From: Camelus ferus
Lineage: Eukaryota
Direction of reading: 5' to 3'
DNA: 64,000 nt
NCBI RefSeq assembly: GCF_009834535.1
Contig: NC_045728.1
Span: 11,222,001 to 11,286,000 of the forward strand
Shown: piece after piece, positions 20,971 to 33,167 of the stretch
How the letters are laid out: each line of letters opens with the position of its first letter
Numbering within the stretch: the first letter of the stretch is position 1
The notes under the pieces: model-generated
Told to the model about the DNA's origin: nothing
Databases searched by the model: none
What the model saw: only the letters and a program-made list of their open reading frames with translations
Made by a program: the position numbers and the translations under genes

Positions 20971-23900
20971 TTACATCACCTGGACTTCCAGCTCCTCAGC
21001 TAGTCCCTGAAGCTTTTCAATGACACCCCCTGAGAGGGACTCAGAGGCTGGGGGGTGGCTCACCCGGGGCTTCAGACAGCACATAGTAGACAATCCCTCG
21101 TTCGCCTTGGGTGTTGGTCTGATTCACCATGTGGATGACAGGGCTGGGAGTGTCCTGAGAGGCTGCCAGGGATGCCCGCTCATTGCCCCCGCCTTCCTCT
21201 TCCTCTTCAGCCTCTTCCACCTCTTCCTGAGGTCCTGGCTCCCCCAGCACTGTTTCCAGAATGATCCCCTGCAGGCTGCTCTCATTCAGGGATGCTCCCA
21301 GGCCCGATCCCTCCTGTGGCTGCCCCAGCAGCTGTTGGGTCAGCTCTACACTCTCATAGCGAACCAGCTGCAGCCGCATGTAACCGTCTTCATGCTCCTT
21401 GTACCTGGTGAAGGGGGAGCACAGGGGGCAGCAAACACGGGCAGGGGGAGGCAGAAATGGCTTGGAGATTGGTGAGGTAGGAGACAATACGAGGGAAGGA
21501 AGAAGCCCTAGGATTCTAAGTGATGGAGGTAAAAGACAAAAAAGATTTTTATTGGAATATTTAGAAGAAAAGGCAAGATGGATCCTTACTCAAAATGGAG
21601 GGGGAGGGGAGAGGAAGGAGAGAAATGATCTGTGTTGGATGGTAGGATTGTCAAAGGATTTATGAGAAGGCCATGGAGCTACAGATCAGGACCCTTAGGC
21701 CCTAGCTCTGGTTCTGGCTGCAGGACTTCTGGCATCATTTATTGGGTTTGGCATCGTGCCTTAGATTCAAAACAAAAATCAGAAAAATAATCTTTGCCCA
21801 ACCACTGTTCTCAAGGTTCCTTGAGCCTAAATGGAGATGGTTGATACCAAAGGATCATCAAATTCAAGGTCTGTAAATTGTTGAATGGCATGGGGAAAAA
21901 TGTGGGAAGGAGGGGGTTGTTGAAAGACATACCGAAAACGGGGGTGTCCTGAAGGCCACTTGAACTGGTGCTTCTTGCGAAGGTGTACAGTGAGGCTGTT
22001 GCCCCTTGTGAAGCATTTGTCACACACGTGGCATCTGTACCTTGGCTCTGAATCTCCCTGATGGGGAGCAGAGGGAGAGTAAGGCCAGCTTCTCCTCCTG
22101 GCTCCCCCACACTTCTGCAGGCCCTTCGCTACCACCAGCCCCACTCACTTCATGCACTTTTCGGTAATGGGACTTGATAGAGCAGAGCGAGCGGGCACTG
22201 AAGGTGCAGTTCTCAAAATCACACCTGTAGGCTGGCTCCTTGCTATGGGTATCCAGGTGCTTCCGGAGGTCGATTAGATTCTTGCAGCTGCCGGGAGAGG
22301 TAAGCAAAGGTTAGAGGGCATGGGGGACCCTGGAAATTGAGTCTGATCTCTGGGCCCTGTTTCCCCTTACCTGTAGTCACAACAGTCACATTTAAAGGGC
22401 CGGTCCTCACTATGGCGAAAGCGCATGTGGTTTCGGAGGGAGGATGGCAGCGGGCAGGTCATGTCGCACAGAGGGCACTTATAGTGATTCACTGAGAGGG
22501 GCAGAGAGCAGGCTGTGATCTGAGGGCCAGTGGAACCTCGGAGGGCAGGCCAGGAGGATGGGGGTGACTGGCCACTCACCGTGGTTACGCATGTGGTCCC
22601 GCAGCAGCCGCTCTGTGGCAAATCTCTTGGAGCAGTGAGAGCACTGGAAGTGTTGCTCTGGTGGGGTGGGCAGAAGAAAGGGTGGGCTGTGGGGGATGGT
22701 GAAGAGGCAAAAGAGAGCGAACCCGGGAGGGGGGAACCATCCCAGGTGGAAGGAAACCTCCCCCCAAGAGAAAAGGGGAGCCTAGGGAACTAGGGATGGA
22801 CATAGTATTGTGGAAAGAGCATGGGACTTGGACTCGAAAACCTGAATTANNNNNNNNNNNNNNNNNNNNNNNNNNNNNNNNNNNNNNNNNNNNNNNNNNN
22901 NNNNNNNNNNNNNNNNNNNNNNNNNNNNNNNNNNNNNNNNNNNNNNNNNNNNNNNNNNNNNNNNNNNNNNNNNNNNNNTGAGAAGAGCTATGACACACAG
23001 TAAGCACGGAATAACAGTGTCTAATGAGTCTCAATCAGCAGAGACTGTGCGTGGCAGATGACTGAGCCTTCAAGGCAGATGTAGCCAAGTCGCAGATAAC
23101 TTCAGGGGCCTCCTGTCCTGGGAATATGCCTCCAACCCCTACCCCAAGCAGGACAGCCTGCACCCGCTCCCCTTCTACTCTGATTACTTACGATCCAATG
23201 AGGTCTGGCGACGGATGTGATCTAAGAACTTGGTGTTGTTGGCAAACATGCCCCCACAGGTGGGGCAGGCCACCACCTTCTCCTGGGTGTGACTGCGGAG
23301 GTGCTCTCGAAGCTTAAAGCGGTCCTTGAAGGTGCAGGTACAGTCTGGGAAGGAAGGCCCAGTCGGGTCCAGCCACAAACCCTCAGAGTAGGCTGTGGTA
23401 CCCCCAAGTCTCTCCAGCAAGTAGCCAACCTTGCCCTGTAGGACTGGCCCCACCCCTAGCTGCCCTAACCCCTTAGCAACCCCAGGGTTTCTTTGGAGGT
23501 CAGAAATTAAGGAGTGGCCCTACCTTTCCAGCCACACAGCACCACGTGGTTGTCCTTGCCGACTGCCTGGTATTCACAGCACAGGCTGTGTGCTTCCACG
23601 TGCCGATAGAACCACTCGGGATTGTCGAAGGAGCTCTGTGCCAGGTGCAACTTGGGGTAAGGACTGAGGGTAGGTGGAGGGACTCTTACACTTAGGTGTC
23701 CGAAGAGGGCTTCTTGGCTCTCTCCCAAATTAACTTGGTGGGGACAGGGAAGTTTAAGCGAGGGGGCTACCCGGAAATGGAAGAGGGATACTAGCAGAAA
23801 CCTCAGGAATACTGGGCATCCCTGAAAGGGTCAAGGCATCTTGAGCTAAGATCCCCAACTTCCCTCCATCCCTATTACCAGCTCTGCCTGCTGACCTCAC

Positions 23901-25503
23901 AGTGCTCCCACAGACACAGGAAGTGCTCAGGGATGTCAGGGATGAGGTTGCGGCTCTTTAAGTCCAGGATGCAGGGGCTGAGATCAGCCTGGCTCTGCAG
24001 GGCCTGCAGCCCCCATTGCTTCAGCTTGGTGTGGTAGCAGTGGAAGTAGACGTGGCGGACGAGATCAGAACTGTCCAGAGAACAAAAGCCACACTCCTGC
24101 CACAAACAGGAGAATTCTTCCTCTGCAGAAAGGGGTTTAGAAGGAAGAGTGTGATACTTTCCAAAGCTCTCCGTTCACTTAGCAGCAAGTGAGGAGGCTG
24201 GACTGACTAAACTACCAGGAGTTCATTCAGCAAATACCAGTATTTAACGACCACTAATTGTGTGCCAGGCACCGGGGATACAACAAGTAAAAGTCCTTGC
24301 CCCTGCACAACTTTCAGTCAGGGAGAAAAAGACATCAAATAATCATGTGTATGATTGCAACGAGGTGGAGGGCAAGTGTGGTCTAGTCAGGGGGACTGTG
24401 TACAAGGCCCAGTGCCAGCGACGCAGAGACGACAGGTGTGGCTGACATGTGCTCGGAGTTTCTGCTGTTCCAGGAAGACCCTGGGACACCTCCCACTCCT
24501 TCCTGTCAAACCGAAAGCCCTTCTTTCTCCCATGTTCTGCCTTCTCTAGAAGGCCCACTGACTACTCCAATTCATTTCCTGTCTCTCTTGCATCTCTCTG
24601 AGCACCGTATTTTCAATGCTTTATAGGGATTTACTTGTTTTAAAAGTAGATACTTAGGAAAATATAATAATCCCCTAATTTCTCTTTTGTATAAGTATTA
24701 CTTGACTTTTGAAGCTATTAGTTATAGTTAACAGGTACTAGACATAAAACAGAATTGGAGGTGGGGGAACGAGAGCTCTATCTGTACTTCCTATAGAACA
24801 CTGTTTTTCAAACTGTGTTGTTTATCATTAGTGGGTAGTGGAATCAATTTAGGGGATAGCAAACCACATTTTTTTAAATGATAGAAAATAAGATTGAACA
24901 TTTCAGATAGCATTTAATAAAGGCAAGTATTGTCTTAAGTATTTTTTAACTTTTGTGTACAGGGTTATGACGTAAAATGTATACCTAATTGGAGTGAAAA
25001 CAAAGTTGCCAACAGTTTGTACAATATGATCCTGTTTTAAAAAATAAAATCATATTTATCTAATTTATGTATACACATGCAGAGAGAGGTCAGAAAGAAT
25101 GTTCACTAAGTATTGCTCATAATTGACTTTCGATGGCAGGTTCATTCCATAATCTCTGTTGAATGAGTTTTCTATAATCAATCTGCAATGTTTTTATAAA
25201 CAAACAAAAAACTCCCACATAATTAGGAAAATAAACCACTGCCCTTGCAGGCTGCCTTCTCCCTCTGGGGCAAGGAAAATCAGATTTTCCACCATCCCGT
25301 GAGCGCCTTCCCTTCCTGTGTCCTGCTCCCTTACCGAGCGGGTCCTCCTCCTCCTCCTCCCCAGAGCCCTGCAGGTGCTGCTGCAGGTGCTGAGTAACGT
25401 GTTCGCAGAACTCCTCCATGGCCGAGCACACAAAAGAACAGGACCCCCACTCACACTGTAGCCCCAGGTTCTCCTTTCGGGGAACTTTCCCAGGAGGCGG
25501 CAT
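20971..25503 (-). CDS. HINFP: Histone H4 transcription factor (HiNF-P/MIZF), C2H2 zinc-finger protein, 9 coding exons; apparent +1 frameshift in the last exon
   Basis: [13 protein letters not shown]... start at 25503. Exons: 25503-25335, 24122-23896, 23635-23524, 23344-23192, 22657-22580, 22491-22371, 22287-22149, 22057-21933, 21404-end. As read it stops at TGA 21043-21041 (495 aa). The ortholog-like tail continues in another frame to TAA 20973-20971 (518 aa). Confidence 0.95.
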
Positions 25504-28487
25504 GGCCTTCACCCTAGAGGAGTAGAAAGAAATCAGCAGCTGCAATGATTCCACCCAAGTGTTGCTGGGGGTCAACAGCTGGGCAGGCAGCCTGCCTAGA
25601 ATCAGGAGGCGTTTTCCCAGTGACCTGTGAGAAACCTCATGCCTTTTCAATGAGGATGGAGTACTGGTTCCTCAAACCTCTGGAAGCTGTCTGTTGTCCC
25701 TGGGAAAGGAGAACACAAATTAACATTATTGAATGTGTGCCAGGCTCTGAGCTAAGAACTTTAACAGACATTTTTTCAAGAAGCTTCAGAGCAACCTGCC
25801 AAGAAGAAATTATTCCTACAGGAGGCAGAACAATGCTCAAGTTCAAAGAGATGGCTTTGGAGAATGACTGGAGTTCAAATCCAGACTCCTCTGTCCACCA
25901 CCCACTTAGCTGCATGACCCTGGCCAAGTAACTTAACCCTTCTACTCCTGAACAACCTCACCTTTGAAATAGGGATAACAAACTCTTTTGCTTTTAATTT
26001 CACACTTCCTGTACACCAAGCATCTTACTAAGCACTTTATTTACATTGTGTCATTTAATTACCAACACCACCCACTGAGTTAGGTACTATTTTTAACTTC
26101 ATTTGTAGGTAAGGCCCTAAGGCTTGGAGAGGTTAACTGGTTTGCTCAAGACCACACATAGGTCACACTGACTCCAAAGTCCATATTCTTTCTAATCCAC
26201 ACAGATGAGCCTAGAAGCTCCTTATTTCTTAATGTATCAGGTCATAAGTTCCCCACTAGACTTTCAAAATGTCATACAAACTCCTTTTGCCTAATCTATC
26301 CAGTGGTCTACTCCACCATTGCCCTAACATCCTCTGAACTAAAATGTAAATTCCATTTGACATAAGAGGCAGTTATCTGTCCAGTTATATACTGGGTGTA
26401 TACTAGGCATGCTTAGGCATGTAATAAATATTTGTTGAAAAAGCTGAATGAAAAACTAAAAGTTCGCAATCTTTAATATGCACACAAATGCAGTTTTCCA
26501 GGCCCTCACCTAGAGGTTCAGATTTTGGAAGGATGGGGTTAAAGCTAGAAATCTGCCCTTTTAACTTAGCACCCTAGTTGTGATGGGGGTAGTTCTGGGA
26601 GCAGAGTTTTAGGAACAATAAAAGAATAGTTTTCCTCATTAAAACAAAACAGAATGACAGATGACACTGCAAGCAAAATCTCTGGGGGGAGAAAGAACAT
26701 TAATAGGCCCTGACTCTGTCCCCTGACTATTGTCTCCTGCTTGAGGATTCTCACTGATTCTTGCTGACCACACTGTGGTACCCAGGAAGGGAGTGTTCCC
26801 TCTGGTCTATATGAAATAGGTGGGAACTCTGAAAAAGAACTTAACTACATACTGAGAAGGAAAAACCCAGAAAATACAAAATGCATAAAATCCTTCACGT
26901 CTGTAAGTATAAGAACCTACTATACCTAAGTGCTTACCAAAGAAACCCCCTCTTAATCCACAGCCTTGCTGCTCCTCTGAGAAGCAGCCAGTCACCCCTG
27001 GCATTCTGGGGTGTGTGTGTACCTGGGGTTGCTGGGCTGCTCACAGAATAATACTGAAGCCCTATTAGGAGAAAATGTGGACTACTTTCATAATCTGGGG
27101 GAAGAAAAGGTAGGGAAAGTCGTCTAAAGTCAGACATAACAGCCCAAACCTCCTCTGCTACCTACAGAATCAAGTCCATTGAGCATGGCATGCAGTGCTC
27201 TTCTTCAACTGGCCTAAACTTACCTCGCCAGGAGCTGGGTAAGGAAACTAACTCATATGAGGGCCTACCATGTGTCAGCCCTGCAGAGAGCCCTCTTCCA
27301 AACTTCCCTTCATTTGGTGCCTTGATTCTAATCCAAAGATCGTGCTCTTCCCCCGACACCTGTCTATTAATTCCCTCTTCTTCTCTCATTCAATTATTTT
27401 TGTTCCTAAACACATTACATTCTCCTAAAACTCTCTGCCTAAGCAACTTCTACTCATGTTTCAAGCCCAAATGTCCCCTCCTCGGTGAGCCCTTTCCCAA
27501 CTCACCCAGGTACAGGTGAAATACCCTACCCCCTGTACCCACAGCACTCTACACACACCTTCATCCCAGCATCCTGTTAAATGGAATGGAATGTGTCTCC
27601 TCTAGACTAGGAGCATCTCAGGGCAGGGACCATCTCTTCACTTCTCATTCCCAGCATGAGCACAGAGCTTCGTACCCTCAAGACACTCAATAAATGTGAG
27701 GATATGACTACATTCCAAGAAGCCTTCCTAAACTATCCAGCCCCTCAGATGACTCCTGCTTCTTGGTCTGATGGCCAGCATAGATGAAACCAGAAAACCT
27801 CAACCTTTTTTTTATGCTGCCCATGGTCACTCATGGTTGTTTTGTGTTCTATTCTCATTTACCCAACTGGACATTAGCTGCTTCTGAGTATATACCACAT
27901 CATGCCCATGTCCCTGTACTGTGTCCAGCACAAGGCTAAGCATAAATATTCTAAACACATAGCTATTGTCAGACTGGTGGATAAGGCCCAAGAGACAGGC
28001 TCTCTAGATATACAGAATGACTTGAAACTAAGGCAAAGCTCCCTGAATCCCTCTTTCACTGTTCCCCCAGCTTTCTTTACTTTCTTTCCCTGTGCCCTGC
28101 TTGTTTCTACCCTGGGGAGCTGTAGGACAAAGTAACTTTCTGGTCCCCACTCCTCTTTCTATAAGCAAAGAATGCAAATGAGGGTTCTCAGAAGACCTGG
28201 GTTCAAGTTTCCTGTCTCAAATGAGTTTGCTCAGTCTAGAATATAATAGCTATTTAGTATCTACTACATGCCAAGCACTGTTCTAAGTGTCTTATATGTA
28301 TAAAAATTCATTGATACAACCACCCTATTGAAGTAGGCACCATTATTACCCCACTTCACAGATGAGGAAACGGCCCAGGTAGGTTAAGGAATTTACCCAG
28401 ATCACAAAGCTAGGAAGTGATGCAGACAGAATTGAGAGCCAGGGAGTTTGGCTCCATTCTCTGCCAACATCTTCCCATCTTACCTCT

Positions 28488-28937
28488 TGTGAATGAATAC
28501 TACAAACCATATCAGTAAACAAAGAATGCTGAAGCCATCAAGTCATCAGTCGCTGCTGCTACCCCCTACAGTGAAGACAAACAGGCAGCCCGGTCTCTGG
28601 CAGCCTGAGGGGACTCAGAATGTGACAGCTAGGTGCTTGTCAAAGAAATGATTTCAGTGAGCCCAAATGTTTGCTCCCTCCCATAGATAGAAAAGCGCTA
28701 AATTCTTAAACTTGAGGTGTCTGATTTTCTTCAGTTAACAAGTAATCTTCTAACGTTCCGACTACCTGGTCTTTGTTGTAAAACTCCTATATATCCTGGC
28801 TCCTCCCCTACCTCTTCAGAGTAGTCCCTCAGAGCCATCTGGGAGGCTACCATCCTGGGCTCGAAGGAGTTTGAGTCCTCAGAAATGTCAACTGAATAAA
28901 ACATCTCAACTTTTAGGCTTCGTACTTTCAGTCGACA
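28488..28937 (+). mobile_element. Solo ERV LTR (~450 bp) in HINFP intron 1
   Basis: TG...GTCGACA termini, 4-bp TSD CTCT (28484-28487 / 28938-28941), TATATAT 28788-28794, AATAAA 28895-28900. Confidence 0.75.
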
Positions 28938-29572
28938 CTCTTCTTGTCTGATTCTCTCATCCCCACAAACATTGTATCTGTATACAAAATACCCAAAGCA
29001 TGTTTTATTGAGTAGCTATTTTGTCAGTTTCCTCCAATAAGCTGTAAGCTTCTAGAAATCTTGGCCTGTACTCTGTTCAGTTCTAACTTCAGGTCCAGCG
29101 TGTACCTACTACATGCTCTTTTAATGTTTAAGTAAATCTGTAACTTACTACTTTACTTTTGGACAGATCACCTAGCTTCTCTGACTCTGTTTCCTTAAAT
29201 GTAAAATAGGATACTGATATCACAGCAATGGGCGAAGGATTCAACACATTTGATAGAAAGCTCCAACTTTTACTAGCTATGTGACCTTAGGCAAGTTACT
29301 TAAGCCCAGGTTTTCCACGCAGCATGGGAATAATCATGCCTGACTTCACTGAATTGATTTATTTGTTAAGCCAGATAATGGATATCAAAATGCTTAGTAT
29401 AACACCGCTGGAACTCAACATGTGCTGGCTTATCGTATCCTTGCTTCTGGGGGTGAGATGCTCAAAGGACGAATTCTACGAAAAGACCTAGAAAGGAACA
29501 ACCTCAAGGATTCCAAAACTTCCTTTCATCATGATGAGACAGGAAGAGGGCAGGGCACAGCCGTTCAACGAA

Positions 29573-30163
29573 TGCTACAGCAATTAACATCAAAATGGTG
29601 AAAGATTCAACCCCCAGTAGGCACTGAGGCTCAACATGGTGGGAGATTTGACTTCTAGAAGATCTTTAGCTTTATTATACACTCATTGTAATATATTAAC
29701 ATGGTGAATAACATGCCCACAGGCACCATGGCAGTCCAAAGCTAGCCACAAAAAGTCAGAGTGGGAAATGGCCAACTTCCTGGGAATCCCAGCCCCTTCC
29801 CCAGACTAGTTAGATTGGTCCTTTCACTTATTAGCGTATGAAGCCCCTGAAGACATAAAAACTGGCAACACGGTGCCTCAGGGCCGACCACTCTGTCTCC
29901 CTCTTCTGAGATGGCCCACACTCTTGTCTATGGAGCATGTACCTACTTTTAATCTGAGCACCCAACCCCCACACCTCGTGGCCTTTCTCTTGCCTTTCAA
30001 TGTAGCTCTATGAATAAATCTACCTTTACTCAACTGTGGCTCGCTCTTTAATTCTTTCCTGTGCGAAATCAAGGACCCACACTTGACAAGGCACGTCCCA
30101 GGGGCTCACCAGAAGCCTGGGACACGGCACTCCTCACGCCCCACATCCGTTTTTCCTGCATCA
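29573..30163 (+). mobile_element. Second solo LTR (~590 bp, ERV1-like) in HINFP intron 1
   Basis: TGCTACAG...TTTCCTGCATCA termini, AATAAA near 30013 followed by a U5-like GCTCGCTCTTTAATTCTTTCCTGTGCGAAATCAAGGACCC; no clean TSD. Confidence 0.6.
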
Positions 30164-30349
30164 ATGAGTCATAGTAAGAAGCAATCAGCAAGTACTTAGG
30201 AGCATAAATTCTAACTCAAGGCACCGAATGAACCCTGAATAGTATATAAAAAAAGGAGGGACCCAGGTCCAGAACCTCCTAAGGCCTCACAATTTGGCCA
30301 GAAGAAATAAGACTGATGTGTTTAGATAACAACCAAAACAAAGCGCTCG

Positions 30350-31200
30350 AAGAGGGAGAGCTGTACCGGAAGAAATCCCAACGGGCAGGCGAAACAGGAA
30401 AGGCTTGCACTAAGCGGTGAGGACCGGGCCCCTGGGGCACGGGTAAAATTCGGAAGGAAGGAAGGAGACCGACTAGAGGGGTAAACCTCTCAGCCGCAGC
30501 CGCGCAGGCTTCCCCCTAAGACCTGGTGGTGACCGTGTGTCAGCGGCAGTGAAGCCCCAGCCTGGAAAGCAGGGAAGTTCGAGTCGGGATTGCCGGCCGG
30601 GGACGCTGTAGGCGCCAGGCCGACCAGCTTGGCCGTGCTACAAGAGAAAGCCTCGCCGAAGCGACCGGGGGAAAGCCTAGCATCGGCAGCCGGCCCAGAG
30701 CGTAGCCCGACGCCACCCCGCCAAGCCCGGAGCCTTCAGCTTACCGTCTGCCGGCTCTCGGGTCTCTTCAGCTCTCCTCCCACCTCACACCGTCTTGGGG
30801 AGGGCGCTTGAGCGACGGCCGAAGACCGCCAATCGGCGCTCTCGGATCCCTCTAGCAGCCAATCGCAGCTGGGACTGACGGAACCCGTGCGCGACCAAAA
30901 CACGGAAGGGGCGGGAGTGCCGGGCGGCGGGCAGCGCGGAGAGGTAGCGCTGCCGGCGCCTAGGGGCTGCAGGCTACGAGCGGGCGGGGATCCCAAGGGC
31001 CCGAATTCCCCCAACTGCGCAGGCTCGGCGCACAGAACCCACTGGGCATGCGCAAGGCTCGGACTGTGCGCGGAGTAGGGTCGCCTTCATCGCGTTGCTC
31101 ACCGCCCTAGCTGGCCGCGTGGGCGGCAAGGTGGAGGAGGTGGCAGTGCTCGGTGCCCAGAGCAGTCATCCCTGCTCGGCTCAAACTGGGGGTCCTTCAC
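30350..31200. promoter_or_regulatory. CpG island / HINFP promoter
   Basis: CpG-rich; two CCAAT boxes at 30829-30833 and 30859-30863 (30-bp spacing); NRF1-like GCATGCGCA at 31046-31054. Confidence 0.75.
30745..30815 (-). other. HINFP: HINFP non-coding first exon (5' end approximate)
   Basis: Donor GACG|GTAAG at 30745/30744 in a CpG island. The next exon begins 10 nt before the ATG (acceptor at 25514/25513). Confidence 0.65.
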
Positions 31201-32090
31201 CCTCTTAATCTTATTTCTTAAATATCAGTATTTCTTGTGCCATCTTATCTTTCCCCCATATCTCTTCTATCTGTGTTACCCGACTCAGTGAACGACTCCT
31301 TCAAGTCAAACCCGGCAGTCATGCTTGATTACTCCTTCACACGTCACATCCGAGTCATTGCCAAGTCCTGTGAATTCTACCCCCTTAAACACAGGATGTC
31401 TCAAATCCCCCCTCCCCCTCGTTCTTAATCTTCGCCGCCCCCTCTCTAGTTTATGAACGACGTCCAGCCCGGGTGTCTACGCTAACTTAACTGGTTCCGC
31501 TGCGTGCACTCCTGCTTCCCACCAAACCATTCTCGACGGGGCGCTCAAAGTGACCTTAACAAAGAGCAAATCTGATCAAACCATCACCCTGCTTTAAACA
31601 CTCAAAGGCATTTTGTTGGCCTGAGGGCAAAGCCCCAAAACCGCACTGAGGCTTTCTAGATCCTTCAGCATCTGAGTCCTGCATACTTCTCTCCAGCCGT
31701 GTTTTGAGTGCTCCTCAACCTCACTCTCTGCTCTGCAGCCCCGCATTTCTTTCGGTTTCTCCACCACAGCTAGCCGCATTTCCTCTCTTGCCTTGTACTT
31801 GCTGTTTCTTCTGCCTGGAACAATCTTCCCCTTCTCCCTTTCCCACGTATATTAGACTGATTCCTACTCATTCTGGTCTCAGCGAAGATGCTTCTTTTTC
31901 CAGGAAGTCTTCCTGGGCATCCCTTTCCTGTAATTCTCCATTACGGCTCTATCACATTGTGTTGTATTTGCATGTTTACTTGTCTGTACTGTGCACCAGC
32001 CTGAGTTCTGTGAGGGCAGGCAGGGACTTTGTGTGTTCTTCACCCTTTGTAACTCCGTCACTTAGCTTAGTTGCTGAAACTCAGTTAAGA
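31170..32090 (+). mobile_element. L2 fragment upstream of the HINFP promoter
   Basis: Pyrimidine-rich L2 pattern (TTCTGCCTGGAACAATCTTCCC...GTGAGGGCAGGCAGGGAC). Confidence 0.55.
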
Positions 32091-32399
32091 CTTCAAGACA
32101 TATTTGTTTAAAAAATTATGTACCTTAGTAAAGTTCATTGGTATTGATATTTATTGTGTTCTATTTTCTAGCCTAAATAGAAACATATATAAATTTATAT
32201 AATCAGAAAACACATTAAATATTTAGTATAAATAAAATGAACTTAGATGCTATATAAAATAGCCGTGTCATAGTATAATCAGAAATTTGTGCATGAAGTT
32301 ACTTACTAACAGCAGTGCATTAAGCTCTGTCCCTATTTTAAAATGTAATTCAAAAGTAACAAAAATGTATTTTATCAACTTTATCCATTCAAAACCACA

Positions 32400-32950
32400 C
32401 AGCTAACTTTATTTTAATTCAGACTTACACCACTAAAGATGGCTCTTAGCCTTAATTTAGCAATTTCATGAAGAAAAAGTTCATTCACAGAGCTGTGTAG
32501 ACTCAATTTTTACAAAGCAAAAGTTTCTGGATAGCTCTGGGATCCACACATATGTTTCCAAAATTTGAGACAGTGTCTTTCTGTCTAGCATAGTTTAACT
32601 TCCATCTCAATCTGCTTCTCTTGAAAACAAGCCACAATTTTGGCTGGATAATTCTGACATATCCGGAGATTTGTTCTTTAAAAGCTGACACAAAATCTTA
32701 AAGCACAATTCATACTCATCAAAAGCTGTTGATCTCTTCTGAAAGTGTAAAATGGCTAAAGCTGATTAAGTTGTATTTTGTGTTTCTTTTGTGTTCATTT
32801 TTTAAATCTCTGTTTTTGAAATGTGATCAGGCATTTCCTCATTACAAAATACGTGATTGCATTGAGGTTCTAAGCAGCTCAGCACTGGAAGTCAAGTACA
32901 ACTTCCAGTCACCATCCACTCAATCCATAGGTCCAACAGGAATCTGAATA
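32400..32950 (-). mobile_element. Decayed hAT (Charlie-like) transposase fragment
   Basis: The - strand reads FWK (32563-32555)...YP (32533-32528) and, after a frameshift, CE*TFSS*NC*IKAK (from 32489), fitting the hAT dimerisation-domain pattern; many stops. Confidence 0.5.
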
Positions 32951-33003
32951 CCTGTCCTACCATTAACAAAAGTTTCTTGTGAAATTTCAAGTTCAGTGTG
33001 TTT

Positions 33004-33167
33004 GGAGGGGAGGGTAGAGCTCAGTGGCAGTATGCTTGTTTATTATACAGGAGGTCCTGGGTTCAATCCCCAGTACCTCCATTAAATTAAATAGATCAAT
33101 CTAATTCTCTCCTCCTCACCACCCTCCCAAAAAAAAGAAGAAAAGAAAACTTCAAAATTTAAAAAAA
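33004..33167 (+). mobile_element. tRNA-derived SINE (camelid Vic-1-like)
   Basis: GGGGAGGGTAGAGCTCAGTGG...GGTTCAATCCCCAGTACCTCC head, A-rich tail, perfect 12-bp TSD TTCAGTGTGTTT (32992-33003 / 33168-33179). Confidence 0.88.

Noticed and set aside
20963-20978. 8-bp tandem duplication TTACATCA at the HINFP stop
   Set aside because: It only repeats the stop region into the 3' UTR and does not change the protein.
27224-27280. Possible 57-nt cassette exon with uATGs in HINFP intron 1 (GAG|GTAAGT donor)
   Set aside because: The acceptor polypyrimidine tract is very weak; a single good donor is expected by chance in 5 kb.
32884-32909. 9-bp perfect hairpin ACTGGAAGT-N8-ACTTCCAGT
   Set aside because: Short and inside a decayed transposon; expected at background frequency.
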